Positions 29,833 through 38,301 of a DNA stretch of 64,000 bases are shown piece after piece. This DNA comes from an uncultured bacterium (GTDB lineage: Bacteria; Arandabacterota; Arandabacteria; JAGLYR01): contig CAZSXU010000007.1 of the NCBI GenBank assembly GCA_964610505.1, forward strand, positions 3,594 to 67,593, read 5' to 3'. The notes beneath the pieces were generated by a model that had not been told where the DNA came from, made no database searches, and worked only from the letters and a program-made list of their open reading frames with translations. A program made the position numbers and the translations under genes. The stretch's first letter is position 1; each line of letters opens with the position of its first letter.

Positions 29833-29982
29833 CGCGCTCCTCCTTTGCCGGAAACACTCCGGAACGGCGGGGTCCGGCTCGAACGGTAGTGCCGGCGTCC
29901 AAAGGAAGTCAAGCATGGAAAGAGATGTCGGAGGATCCTCGACCAGCCCCGATGGGGAGTATTCGGGATAGACCCTCAATTC

Positions 29983-30073
29983 CGAGTACGAGTTCGAGTA
30001 CGAAGTACGAGTACGGAAAGAGCGGCAGCATCGTACTCGTACTCGGCTTTTTTGCGGGACTCGTACTCGGGGA
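29983..30073. repeat. (GAGTAC)n hairpin element A: direct GAGTACGAG units plus an inverted CGTACTCGTACTCG arm
   Basis: GAGTACGAGTTCGAGTACGAAGTACGAGTACG, loop, GTACTCGTACTCG, GCTTTTTTG. Related to elements at 31824-31905 and 32384-32455. Confidence 0.85.
30001..30056 (+). terminator. Intrinsic-terminator-like hairpin (stem about 11-14 bp, 16-nt loop, followed by GCTTTTTTG) built from the TACGAG repeat
   Basis: Stem GTACGAGTACG pairs with CGTACTCGTAC, followed by a T6 run. Confidence 0.5.
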
Positions 30074-30083
30074 ACGACCGGTC

Positions 30084-30112
30084 TTGACAATCCCGCCGCT
30101 AGGCGCTATGCT
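30084..30112 (+). promoter_or_regulatory. Near-consensus sigma70 promoter upstream of comM
   Basis: TTGACA, 17-nt spacer, TATGCT. Leaves a 5' leader of about 160 nt before the ATG at 30276. Confidence 0.45.
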
Positions 30113-30275
30113 GAGTTCCGAGAGAAATGAAGGAAGGGGATGCAATGTCCCCGGGGTAGGGCCTTCCGGATTCATGATCCAAGCGACCGGCGGAATCGAA
30201 CGTTTTCGGCCTCATCGGACTCTGAGGCGTGGCCGGTGTGTGTCTTGTCGCTCGGGGTGGAAGGGGTGGGGATCG

Positions 30276-31808
30276 ATGCTGGCGAAGGTGACGAGTTGTG
30301 CCGTGCTGGGGGTGGATGCCTTCCTGGTGCAGGTGGAGGTGGATCTGGGGTCAGGACTGCCGTCCTACGCCACCGTGGGGCTTCCGACGGTCGCCGTGAA
30401 GGAATCCCGGGATCGGGTCTTTGCGGCGGTCAAGAACAGCGGGTACCGGTTCCCGGCCAAGCGGGTTACGGTGAACCTGGCGCCCGCGGACATTAAGAAA
30501 GAGGGGGCCGCTTTCGATCTGCCCATTGCGCTGGGTATTCTGGCGGCCACGGAACAGATCAAGGTGGACGGAATGGGCCCCACCGTCATTCTCGGCGAAT
30601 TGTCCTTGGATGGTTCCGTTCGCCCCGTGCGCGGCGTACTGCCGATGGCGATGGAAGCGGGTCAGCGGAAGGTGCGGAATTTCGTCGTTCCCAGCCCCAA
30701 CGCGCACGAGGCGGGGGTGGTGGAGAACATCGATGTTTATGCCGTGTCGACGCTGGAGGAGGCCATCTCCGTCTTGCAGGATCCCGACGGATACACCCCG
30801 CACCGGACGAGCCTCGACGAAAGTGTGGAGGACGGACCGGACGAGGTGAATTTCGCCGAGGTCAAGGGACAGGAGCACGCGAAGCGGGCTCTCGAGGTGG
30901 CCGCAGCGGGCGGACATAATATTTTGCTTATAGGTCCTCCCGGGTCCGGTAAGACGATGCTGGCCCGGCGACTGCCGACCGTCCTCCCGCCTCTCACTCG
31001 TGAGGAAGCCCTCGAGACCACCAAGATCCATTCCGTTGCCGGACTCCTCGCCGAAGGCGTGGCGCTCCTGCGAAACCGCCCCTTTCGATCCCCCCATCAC
31101 ACGATCAGCGATGCCGGTCTCATCGGAGGGGGGGCGTATCCGAGGCCGGGCGAAGTCAGCCTGGCCCACCGCGGTGTTCTGTTCCTTGACGAGCTTCCCG
31201 AGTTTCGAAGAAACGTGCTCGAAGTCCTCAGGCAGCCTCTCGAGGACGGATGCGTCACCATTTCGAGAGCCGCAATATCCCTCGACTTCCCGGCCAGCTT
31301 CATGCTTGCCGCCGCGATGAATCCCTGCCCGTGCGGATACCGGACCGATCGGAAGAACCAGTGCAGCTGCTCGCCCCTCGAGGTCGAGCGCTATCTCTCG
31401 AAGATCTCAGGACCGCTCCTGGATCGGATCGACATTCATATCGAAGTTCCCTCGGTCAGCTACCGCGAGCTGGCAAGCCGGGAGCCCGGGGAGACTTCGG
31501 CTGGCGTGCGGGAGCGGGTCGTTCGTGCCCGGGGAGTGCAGGCGGAGAGATTCCGGCGCCGCAAGCGTATCTTCTCCAATTCGATGATGGGCCCGAGAGA
31601 CATCCGCAACTGCTGCCTCCCCGATTCCGAAGGGGCCGCTCTCATCAAAATGGCGATTACCCAGCTCGGGCTTTCGGCCCGGGCGTATGATCGAATCCTC
31701 AAAGTGGCGCGGACCATTGCGGACCTTGAGGGGGCGGACTCCGTAACGTCGAGCCATGTTTCGGAAGCGATTCAGTATCGGAGTTTGGATCGGAAGCTGT
31801 GGTTGTAA
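30276..31808 (+). CDS. comM: YifB/ComM family Mg-chelatase-like AAA+ ATPase
   Basis: MLAKVTSCAVLGVDAFLVQVEVD N-terminus, Walker A motif GPPGSGKTMLARR and Mg-chelatase C-terminal domain. ORF 29889-30275 is treated as a spurious extension. Confidence 0.9.
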   Translation: MLAKVTSCAVLGVDAFLVQVEVDLGSGLPSYATVGLPTVAVKESRDRVFAAVKNSGYRFPAKRVTVNLAPADIKKEGAAFDLPIALGILAATEQIKVDGMGPTVILGELSLDGSVRPVRGVLPMAMEAGQRKVRNFVVPSPNAHEAGVVENIDVYAVSTLEEAISVLQDPDGYTPHRTSLDESVEDGPDEVNFAEVKGQEHAKRALEVAAAGGHNILLIGPPGSGKTMLARRLPTVLPPLTREEALETTKIHSVAGLLAEGVALLRNRPFRSPHHTISDAGLIGGGAYPRPGEVSLAHRGVLFLDELPEFRRNVLEVLRQPLEDGCVTISRAAISLDFPASFMLAAAMNPCPCGYRTDRKNQCSCSPLEVERYLSKISGPLLDRIDIHIEVPSVSYRELASREPGETSAGVRERVVRARGVQAERFRRRKRIFSNSMMGPRDIRNCCLPDSEGAALIKMAITQLGLSARAYDRILKVARTIADLEGADSVTSSHVSEAIQYRSLDRKLWL

Positions 31809-31823
31809 TGCGAGCACAAAAGA

Positions 31824-31905
31824 CGAGTACGAGTACGGGTACGAGTGCGAGTACGGAAGCAGGCCGAATCGTACTCGTACTCAGCGTGAGCGGTACTCGT
31901 ACTCG
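31824..31905. repeat. (GAGTAC)n hairpin element B, immediately 3' of comM
   Basis: Left arm CGAGTACGAGTACG..CGAGTACG, loop, right arm CGTACTCGTACTC AGCGTGAGCG GTACTCGTACTCG. A further direct unit lies at 31963-31984. Confidence 0.85.
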
Positions 31906-32020
31906 TTCTCGAAGGTTTGGGGTTTCACTCCGCGGGGGGGTATTCACTGAGAACCGCGAGGACGAGTACGAAGTACGAGTACGAACAGAAGAAAAGGATC
32001 GCACTCGAAAGGATTGAGTC

Positions 32021-32368
32021 TTGTTCGACCACGAGAAGCTCGACGTCTATCGCGTCAGCATGGATTTCGTGAAGTGGGCCTATCGCTTGTGCAACAGGCT
32101 CAAAGGCGCTGATCGCAATGCCCGCGACCAGCTTTTGCGTGCCTCACAGTCGATCCCCCTGAACATTGCCGAAGGCAACGGAAAGCTTCCCTCACCGGAC
32201 CGGCAACGGTTTCTGCGAATCGCACTGGGTTCCGCGCTAGAATGTGCTGCGATCATTGACGTTCTTGCAGTTGGCGAGGCTATCGAAGACACGACAGCGG
32301 CGAGGGGCAGAGCGCTTCTTGTGCGGGTCGTTGCCATGCTGACGAAAATGACATCGCCCTCCAAGTGA
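32021..32368 (+). CDS. Four-helix-bundle protein (23S rRNA intervening-sequence protein family, TIGR02436-like)
   Basis: 115 aa with the pattern ...YR....F..W...L...L.....R.Q..RA..SI..NIAEG.G.....D...FL.IA.GS..E characteristic of the family. Confidence 0.8.
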   Translation: MFDHEKLDVYRVSMDFVKWAYRLCNRLKGADRNARDQLLRASQSIPLNIAEGNGKLPSPDRQRFLRIALGSALECAAIIDVLAVGEAIEDTTAARGRALLVRVVAMLTKMTSPSK

Positions 32369-32383
32369 GCGTCGGGAAGGAGC

Positions 32384-32455
32384 CGAGTTCGAGTACGAGT
32401 AGGAGTGAGAAGCGGGGAATTATACTCGTACTCAGCGATAGCGGTACTCGTACTC
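32384..32455. repeat. (GAGTAC)n hairpin element C, immediately 3' of the four-helix-bundle gene
   Basis: CGAGTTCGAGTACGAGTA, loop, CTCGTACTC AGCGATAGCG GTACTCGTACTCG GGGTTT. Confidence 0.85.
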
Positions 32456-32745
32456 GGGGTTTAGGATTGTGTTCTGTCCTGCCTTCGAGGAAGAAGGCGG
32501 TTTCACCGAGCGGCTGTACCGGGTACGGAGCCGGAGGCGCGGCGAATGAAGGATCCGGGCACAGCCCAGCGCGTTCACTCCACCTGTCTGGTTTGTCCCA
32601 CGCTCGCGGGGTTTCCCCGCGACGCGATCGAGAGCCACATTACCGTCCTCCGAATAACGGCGCGTACTGCCAAGGATTCGACCCATACAGACTGTCCGGT
32701 AAGGCCTGAAATCTCCATCTGAATCTGTGCACTTGACTTCGTGTA

Positions 32746-33050
32746 GTGAAACCCGCATTCTTCCGGCATCCCAGTGACCGTCGGTGTTGGTCGGTGGGCG
32801 TCCGGTCGTTTGTGGTCCTGGCGATCTTCGGGCTTTGCGCATCCGCCGCCTCGCAGACGTTGAGTCGGTTCACTGACTACCCTGGGAATGACGGGTACTA
32901 GACTAGTGTGGCCCACTCCCCCGGGTGGTACGAGCCGGATTTCGATGACTCAGGTTGGGACCGGGCCGTGGAATCGGGGGACAGGGATCCACAAGCCCGC
33001 TTTGCGATGACAGGAGAAGACTACCGAGTGTTGCCGAGCGCCTTGAAGGA
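32746..33050 (+). pseudogene. Possible gene remnant: 51-codon signal-peptide ORF, then a frameshifted fragment with a glycoside-hydrolase-like motif (WYEPDFDDSGW)
   Basis: GTG at 32746 gives ...RSFVVLAIFGLCASAASQTL...*. The next frame reads SPGWYEPDFDDSGWDRAVESG and is then truncated by the ICMT gene start. Confidence 0.25.
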
Positions 33051-33550
33051 TGAACATGTTTGTTCTTATTCGTGCGATCAGCTACGCTGCGATCTTCATC
33101 AGCCTTCTGCTCATCTATGTCCCGGCCCGTCTTCTGTCCTGGTCGGGCATCGTCCGCCCTGCGACGATTGAAGTGCCGCAGGTTGCCGGGATGGTGATCG
33201 CGGCTGCCGGTGCCGTGGGCACCCTCTGGTGCGTCATCGGTTTTGTATCCGCCGGAAGAGGCACACCGGCGCCTTTTGATCCCCCTCGCCGGCTCGTGAT
33301 TCGAGGTCCCTACCGCTTCTTGCGGAATCCGATGTACCTGGGTGCAGGAATTGCCCTCGCCGGTGCCGCGCTCTTCTACGAGTCGCTGCACCTCTTGGGC
33401 TATACCGGTCTCTTATTCCTCGCAACGCACCTCTTCGTGGTAGGCTACGAAGAGCCCACTCTTCGGCGGACTTTCGGCCAAGAGTACGAAGACTATTGCC
33501 ACCACGTCGGACGCTGGTGGCCGAGATTCCACCAGCAGGATCCGGGTTAG
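33050..33550 (+). CDS. Isoprenylcysteine carboxyl methyltransferase (ICMT/PEMT) family membrane methyltransferase
   Basis: RGPYRFLRNPMYLGA...EEP.L...FG.EY..Y motif. Confidence 0.8.
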   Translation: MNMFVLIRAISYAAIFISLLLIYVPARLLSWSGIVRPATIEVPQVAGMVIAAAGAVGTLWCVIGFVSAGRGTPAPFDPPRRLVIRGPYRFLRNPMYLGAGIALAGAALFYESLHLLGYTGLLFLATHLFVVGYEEPTLRRTFGQEYEDYCHHVGRWWPRFHQQDPG

Positions 33551-33860
33551 AAATATCAAAGCCCACGGAAGTTTCAGGGGCAGCCTACGAAATGGGAACC
33601 CTTGATCTCCAGCACTGTTCAGCGACGCAAGCAGAGTTTCGTAGTCCGTCCCCGAGACTCCGTCCCCGAAACTCCGTGGATCGGAATCTGTGGTTCTAGA
33701 AAGTGCCTTTGGAAAGCCAGTTTCTGCTCGGTATCGGCGTCGGCAGATTTTCACCCCTTTTGAGAGTTGAGTTTCCAGGTGTCTTGGCTGTAGAATGACT
33801 CAGGCTCGTGCATGCAGGTGCACAACCAGGTGGTTGCCCTGGGTCCAAGTGGGAGTCCCA

Positions 33861-35426
33861 ATGACGAAGACCACGAATCGTGCCGTTCCACTCGCGCTGC
33901 TAACGCTGGGTTTCGCAGGGATCGCAGTTTTCGTCATCGCTACGGCACGCGGAATCGGGATTACTACCGATTCCACAGCCTACATTTGGGCCGCGCGGAG
34001 TCTCTCGCAGAGTCAAGGCTTGTCGTGTGGGCTGTCCGCAAGCGGGGAGCTGCTGCCGATGATCCACTACCCGCCCTTGTTCCCGGCCATCCTCGGTATC
34101 CTCGCGTATACAGGCATTGACCCACTGCACGGGGCCAGATGGCTGAACGCGTTCCTCTTCGGGGCCAACATTCTCCTCGTCGGCCTCGTGGTATGGCACC
34201 ACACGCGATCGAGGTGGATCTCGATCCTGGGTTCGTTCATCATGCTGACGTCCACCTTGATGCTCGGCCTCCATACGGTGGCCAAGACCGAGCCGCTGTT
34301 CTTCTTCTTCATTCTCTTGGGATGGCTGTTGCTCGCCGCGCATGCCGCCAATCCGAACCGAACCTTGCTGCTCCTGACCTCAATCGTCGCCGGGCTAGCG
34401 TTTCTCGCCAGGTTCCCGGGTCTGGCGCTCGTAGCCACCGGTATCGTGAGCATGATGTTCTGGAACAAAAGGCCGGTCCGTCAAAGGGTCGCGGATTCGG
34501 CTGTGTTCGTTGCGATCAGCTGTCTGCCGATGGCGTTGTGGTTAGCCAGAAATCTCCAGGTTTCAGGACAGGCGACGACTGTACAACTGGCATTCCATCC
34601 CGTCACTCTTCACCACCTTGATTCCGGCCTGACCGACATTTCGGACTGGCTGCTACCTGCGAGCGTGCCGACGAAAATCAGAATGATAGTCTTTCTGGTC
34701 GCGATCGGCGCGCTGCTTGGGGCGGGCGCGGTGCTGTGGTTCAGGAAACGGAAGCTGCACGAGAGTCGCTCCCTCAGAGAGGACCTCGGCGACATCAGCT
34801 GCATACTGGCGGCATTTGGGCTGTTCTATGGGTTGTTCGTGACCGCCGCCATTTCCTTCGGCTACGCGGATATCCCACTGAACGACCGGAACCTCTCCCC
34901 ACTGTTCATCTCGGGACTTCTACTTGTGTTATGCCTCGGACACCGTCTCTTGTATTCCACTGAGGGTCTGCTTGTCCCGAAACTTGGTGCTGCGGCGATT
35001 GGGATTGCACTTGCGATATCCTATCTTGTCGGGGAAGCCACGTGGGTCGCCCACACTCGGAAGGAGGGGCAGGGATTTACAGGCAGGGCGTGGCAGCAGT
35101 CGGAGGTGGTGGAAGCAGTGAGGGAACTCCCGCCGGATACTCCGATCTTCACAAATGCGGTGGGCGCGATCTACATCCTGACGGGCAAAGCAGCCAGGGA
35201 AGTCCCAGCCGCAGTGGTGCTGGCTACCGGGAGGCCTAACCCCGCCTACCGGTCCGAGTTGGCCGACGTGGAAGTGGAACTCAGGAACAAGGGTGGGGCG
35301 TTGGTGTATTTCCGTGACGAGGACAATGTACCGTATCCGCCTTCAGAAAGGGAACTCAAGGGACGATTGCCGCTGGAACTCCTCTCGAGCAGTCGTGGCG
35401 GGTCCGTCTACACGGTAGCACGCTAG
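33861..35426 (+). CDS. Glycosyltransferase family 39-like (ArnT/PMT-like) polytopic membrane protein
   Basis: About 520 aa and more than 10 TM helices. Aromatic/DS-rich first loop (ITTDSTAYIWAARSL). ATG at 33861; the ORF opens at 33795. Confidence 0.65.
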   Translation: MTKTTNRAVPLALLTLGFAGIAVFVIATARGIGITTDSTAYIWAARSLSQSQGLSCGLSASGELLPMIHYPPLFPAILGILAYTGIDPLHGARWLNAFLFGANILLVGLVVWHHTRSRWISILGSFIMLTSTLMLGLHTVAKTEPLFFFFILLGWLLLAAHAANPNRTLLLLTSIVAGLAFLARFPGLALVATGIVSMMFWNKRPVRQRVADSAVFVAISCLPMALWLARNLQVSGQATTVQLAFHPVTLHHLDSGLTDISDWLLPASVPTKIRMIVFLVAIGALLGAGAVLWFRKRKLHESRSLREDLGDISCILAAFGLFYGLFVTAAISFGYADIPLNDRNLSPLFISGLLLVLCLGHRLLYSTEGLLVPKLGAAAIGIALAISYLVGEATWVAHTRKEGQGFTGRAWQQSEVVEAVRELPPDTPIFTNAVGAIYILTGKAAREVPAAVVLATGRPNPAYRSELADVEVELRNKGGALVYFRDEDNVPYPPSERELKGRLPLELLSSSRGGSVYTVAR

Positions 35427-35653
35427 GCGTCTGTCGGAGAATGGCCTCTTGCCGTTGAGGATCCGGGACAGGATCCGAGATGCTGCTTTCGGTACCGGGT
35501 TCTTGGGGGATGTAGTCGGCTTCTGAGCTGACGGAACAGGTTGATAAGGCTGACTACGTCCCCCAGAGCCGCCGACGCCCGCTCCGCCGGCACCGGCATC
35601 CCGGAGAAAATGATTGGCCTGTTCCTCGCAACGCAAACTTGAGCCCGCGATTC

Positions 35654-36205
35654 TCAGGCATCCTTCCTGAACACGAAGAGGTTGTTCAATCCGAGTTGGA
35701 ACTTCTTCTTCCGTACCAGAGACAGGCCATGGCCCTCAAGACACGCCGGGGTCTTGTGAACGTCGAAACAATGATGCTCGCCCAGAGCCATTCCGTCGAT
35801 CATACGCAACGTTTTGAGTGCAGACAGGATCACGTCCACCGCCGGCGATGGGACGGTCACCAGCAGGTAACCGCCGGGCTTGAGGTGCTCTGAGCAATTT
35901 CGAGACAAGTTGCGCAATTGCTCGTCAGGCATGTGTTCCAGCACGGCCAGCAGAGTGATTGCGTCGAACGGCTCAGGAGCGGGCAGGACATCGGGGAAAT
36001 ACCCTTTCAGCAAGACGGCGCATTCCACGTGTTTCCGGCTGCTCGCGAGGACTGGATCAATCCCAACGCTTGGGCCCAGGCCGGGAATCTGGCGGAAGAG
36101 TGCGCCGTCTCCGCAGCCAACGTCCAGCACCCGTGCTCCCTTAGCGATGTAGGGCCTCGCTTCGGCGATCCGCCACCACTGAAGAAAGCGATCGAGCATC
36201 TTCAT
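35654..36205 (-). CDS. Class I SAM-dependent methyltransferase
   Basis: Motif I VLDVGCGDG. Overlaps the upstream GT2 gene by 4 nt, so the two are co-transcribed. Confidence 0.8.
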   Translation of the reverse strand: MKMLDRFLQWWRIAEARPYIAKGARVLDVGCGDGALFRQIPGLGPSVGIDPVLASSRKHVECAVLLKGYFPDVLPAPEPFDAITLLAVLEHMPDEQLRNLSRNCSEHLKPGGYLLVTVPSPAVDVILSALKTLRMIDGMALGEHHCFDVHKTPACLEGHGLSLVRKKKFQLGLNNLFVFRKDA

Positions 36206-37377
36206 CGGCGGCCCATCCCCAACAGACTGAGGAAGAAGCTGGACATGATGACTTGGAAACCCAGCGCCAGGACCATCCCGGATGGTATCAGTAACCGCAC
36301 GAGTTGGGCCGGGGCTAGGGGGCCGAACGAATGCTGGCCCCAGATCACCACGGCACGGCCGATTCCCCCCAGACCGCCCGCCATCATGATGGCGCCAATT
36401 GCCAGGCCAACCTCAAGCGTCACCGCGCGGAACGCTCTGTCGAACCGCGGATCGGGGGGCAACAATCCCTCGGTGATGGCGAATACCTTGCTGAGCACGG
36501 CGAAATTGGCGGCCTGGAAGCCCGACAGAATAGCAATGGCCGCAGCGAAGAGTGTATTCGCGTCGAAGGTGACTCCGCCAATGGCAATCGGGCCGCGCAG
36601 CAACAAGATGCCGACGGTTGTGCCGAGGAGCATCAGCAACAGCCCCGGATACAGGAATAGCCAGCGCGGGCTGTAGAGCAGCATGAAGCGCAGATGACGC
36701 CAGCCGTCGTGCCAGGACCGCAGGTGGGGAGGACGGGAACGCCCGTCGGGATGAAGCACCGTCGAAACCTCTGCTATCTTCATGCCCAGCAGCGTCGCCT
36801 TGATGACCATCTCGGAGGCAAACTCCATCCCCGTAGTCTGGAGGGCCATGCGTGTGAACGCCTCTCTGGAAAAGCCGCGCAGACCGCAATGGAAATCCTT
36901 GCACGGGGCCCTGAAGAACAGACGCCCAATCCCAGTCAGCACAGGATTGCCAAGGTAGCGATGCTTCCAAGGCATGGCCCCGGGCTCGACACCTCCCTTG
37001 AAGCGGTTTCCCATGACCAGATCGTACCCGGCACGCAACCTCTCAAGAAAGGGCGTCAGAGCGGAGAAATCATAGCTGTCGTCGGAATCCCCCATGATGA
37101 TGTACTTGCCCTGTGCGGCGCTGGCCGCGTAGAAGAGCGCCGCGCCGTATCCGCGGATCGGCACTTCGACCAGCCGAGCATTCAACGCGCGGGCGATGTC
37201 TTGGGAACCATCCGTCGAGCCGTTGTCACCAACAATGATCTCCCCGCGCACCTCGTGGTCCCGGAGCCAGTTCTGAGCCTTGCGAATGCACGTCCCCAGC
37301 GTCTCTGCTTCATTCAGGCAGGGCATGATGATGCTCAGCTCGAGCTCCGCTGTCTCTTGGCTGTGCGGCATTGCCAA
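36202..37377 (-). CDS. Glycosyltransferase family 2 (polyprenyl-phosphate sugar synthase / GtrB-ArnC-like) with a C-terminal TM domain
   Basis: SIIMPCLNE...GDNGSTDGS...DSDDSYD motifs, plus four C-terminal TM helices. Confidence 0.85.
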   Translation of the reverse strand: MAMPHSQETAELELSIIMPCLNEAETLGTCIRKAQNWLRDHEVRGEIIVGDNGSTDGSQDIARALNARLVEVPIRGYGAALFYAASAAQGKYIIMGDSDDSYDFSALTPFLERLRAGYDLVMGNRFKGGVEPGAMPWKHRYLGNPVLTGIGRLFFRAPCKDFHCGLRGFSREAFTRMALQTTGMEFASEMVIKATLLGMKIAEVSTVLHPDGRSRPPHLRSWHDGWRHLRFMLLYSPRWLFLYPGLLLMLLGTTVGILLLRGPIAIGGVTFDANTLFAAAIAILSGFQAANFAVLSKVFAITEGLLPPDPRFDRAFRAVTLEVGLAIGAIMMAGGLGGIGRAVVIWGQHSFGPLAPAQLVRLLIPSGMVLALGFQVIMSSFFLSLLGMGRR

Positions 37378-38301
37378 TCCTCCTAGGACCCTTCGTGAGC
37401 CTATGTCGGGCTGCTTCCCACATCAAGCGGGCGGCGGCCCGCGACCAGCAGATATCCGCCCCGGTCCCGCGGCCGACGTGCGTGTCCTGGCAGGTTGAGT
37501 CTGGGTCCGCGCCTCGGCGTCGTCGTCCTTCGGGTTTCTCTTCTCCCAAGACTGGAAGGCTTCGTACACCCCTCTGCGGTGACTGCCAGGTACAGCGGCA
37601 TCGCCTGTATCCTGTCCCTCGAGTGACCCCTGGCCCCGACGATCCCTGCGAAATAGAGGGTGCCCAGGACCAAGAAGAGGGTGTACAGCCTCCTCTGTCT
37701 GGAGTATGAGACCACCACGTATCCTTACGGAAACACATTCTCATTCTATATGAATACGCGTGGGTCGTAAAGCAGATTCGCCCCAATGAGCTACCCTAGG
37801 GAACCGGTCCAGTGGCTCTTACCCCGAAATGGACCTCTGACTCGCTCCGCTGCGAAAATCGTAGGGCGCAGTGTGACCTATGTCTTGGGGATGAACGTAA
37901 GCGAAGGGTCTCAGTCTGAGTCGTGGCGTGCCGTCTTGGGAGGCGGCCGAAGATCCCGATGCGTGGCGGAGCGAAACATAAACTCGATCTCGCCGTTTGG
38001 ACAGCGCACAGCCGGGGAATCTCGGCCGGCACGCGTCATCCCTCGAGACACGGTGATCCCGGCCTTCCGGCATCGCACTCTGCGCTCGGGGCGAACCGTA
38101 TCGGAACCTCCGGCCGCTGATGCCCGGTCGCCGTCGTTCCCTATGACCCACGCAACCTATTTATCCTTCCTCGGTCTACATAAATGAAGCCATAGCCGGA
38201 AGACCCGGGGCGATTCGGTTCTGGTCTGAGTGATGGGTCGAACAGCCTCCCCTCCGAAAGTACAGAACCCCTGTGAGCCAATCAGCCGAAAAGGAGACAT
38301 C

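Noticed and set aside
30161-30230. tRNA-like 3' end on the minus strand (GTTCGATTCCGCCGGTCGC) and a second T-loop-like word at 41044-41066 (GGGTTCGAATCC)
   Set aside because: Flanking sequence cannot form T, acceptor, D or anticodon stems. The second word lies inside a coding frame. No full tRNA cloverleaf was found anywhere in the window.
29889-30275. 129-codon N-terminal extension of the comM ORF
   Set aside because: The extension translates the TACGAG repeat and contains a terminator-like hairpin and a near-consensus promoter. The canonical ComM N-terminus MLAKV... starts at 30276.
37786-38187. 133-aa ORF in the 0.9-kb gap, and the 105-aa minus-strand ORF with an N-terminal TM-like segment (37401-37718)
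   Set aside because: Both are Arg/Ser/Pro-rich low-complexity translations with no domain-like pattern. The interval is kept as a non-coding or decayed-gene finding instead.
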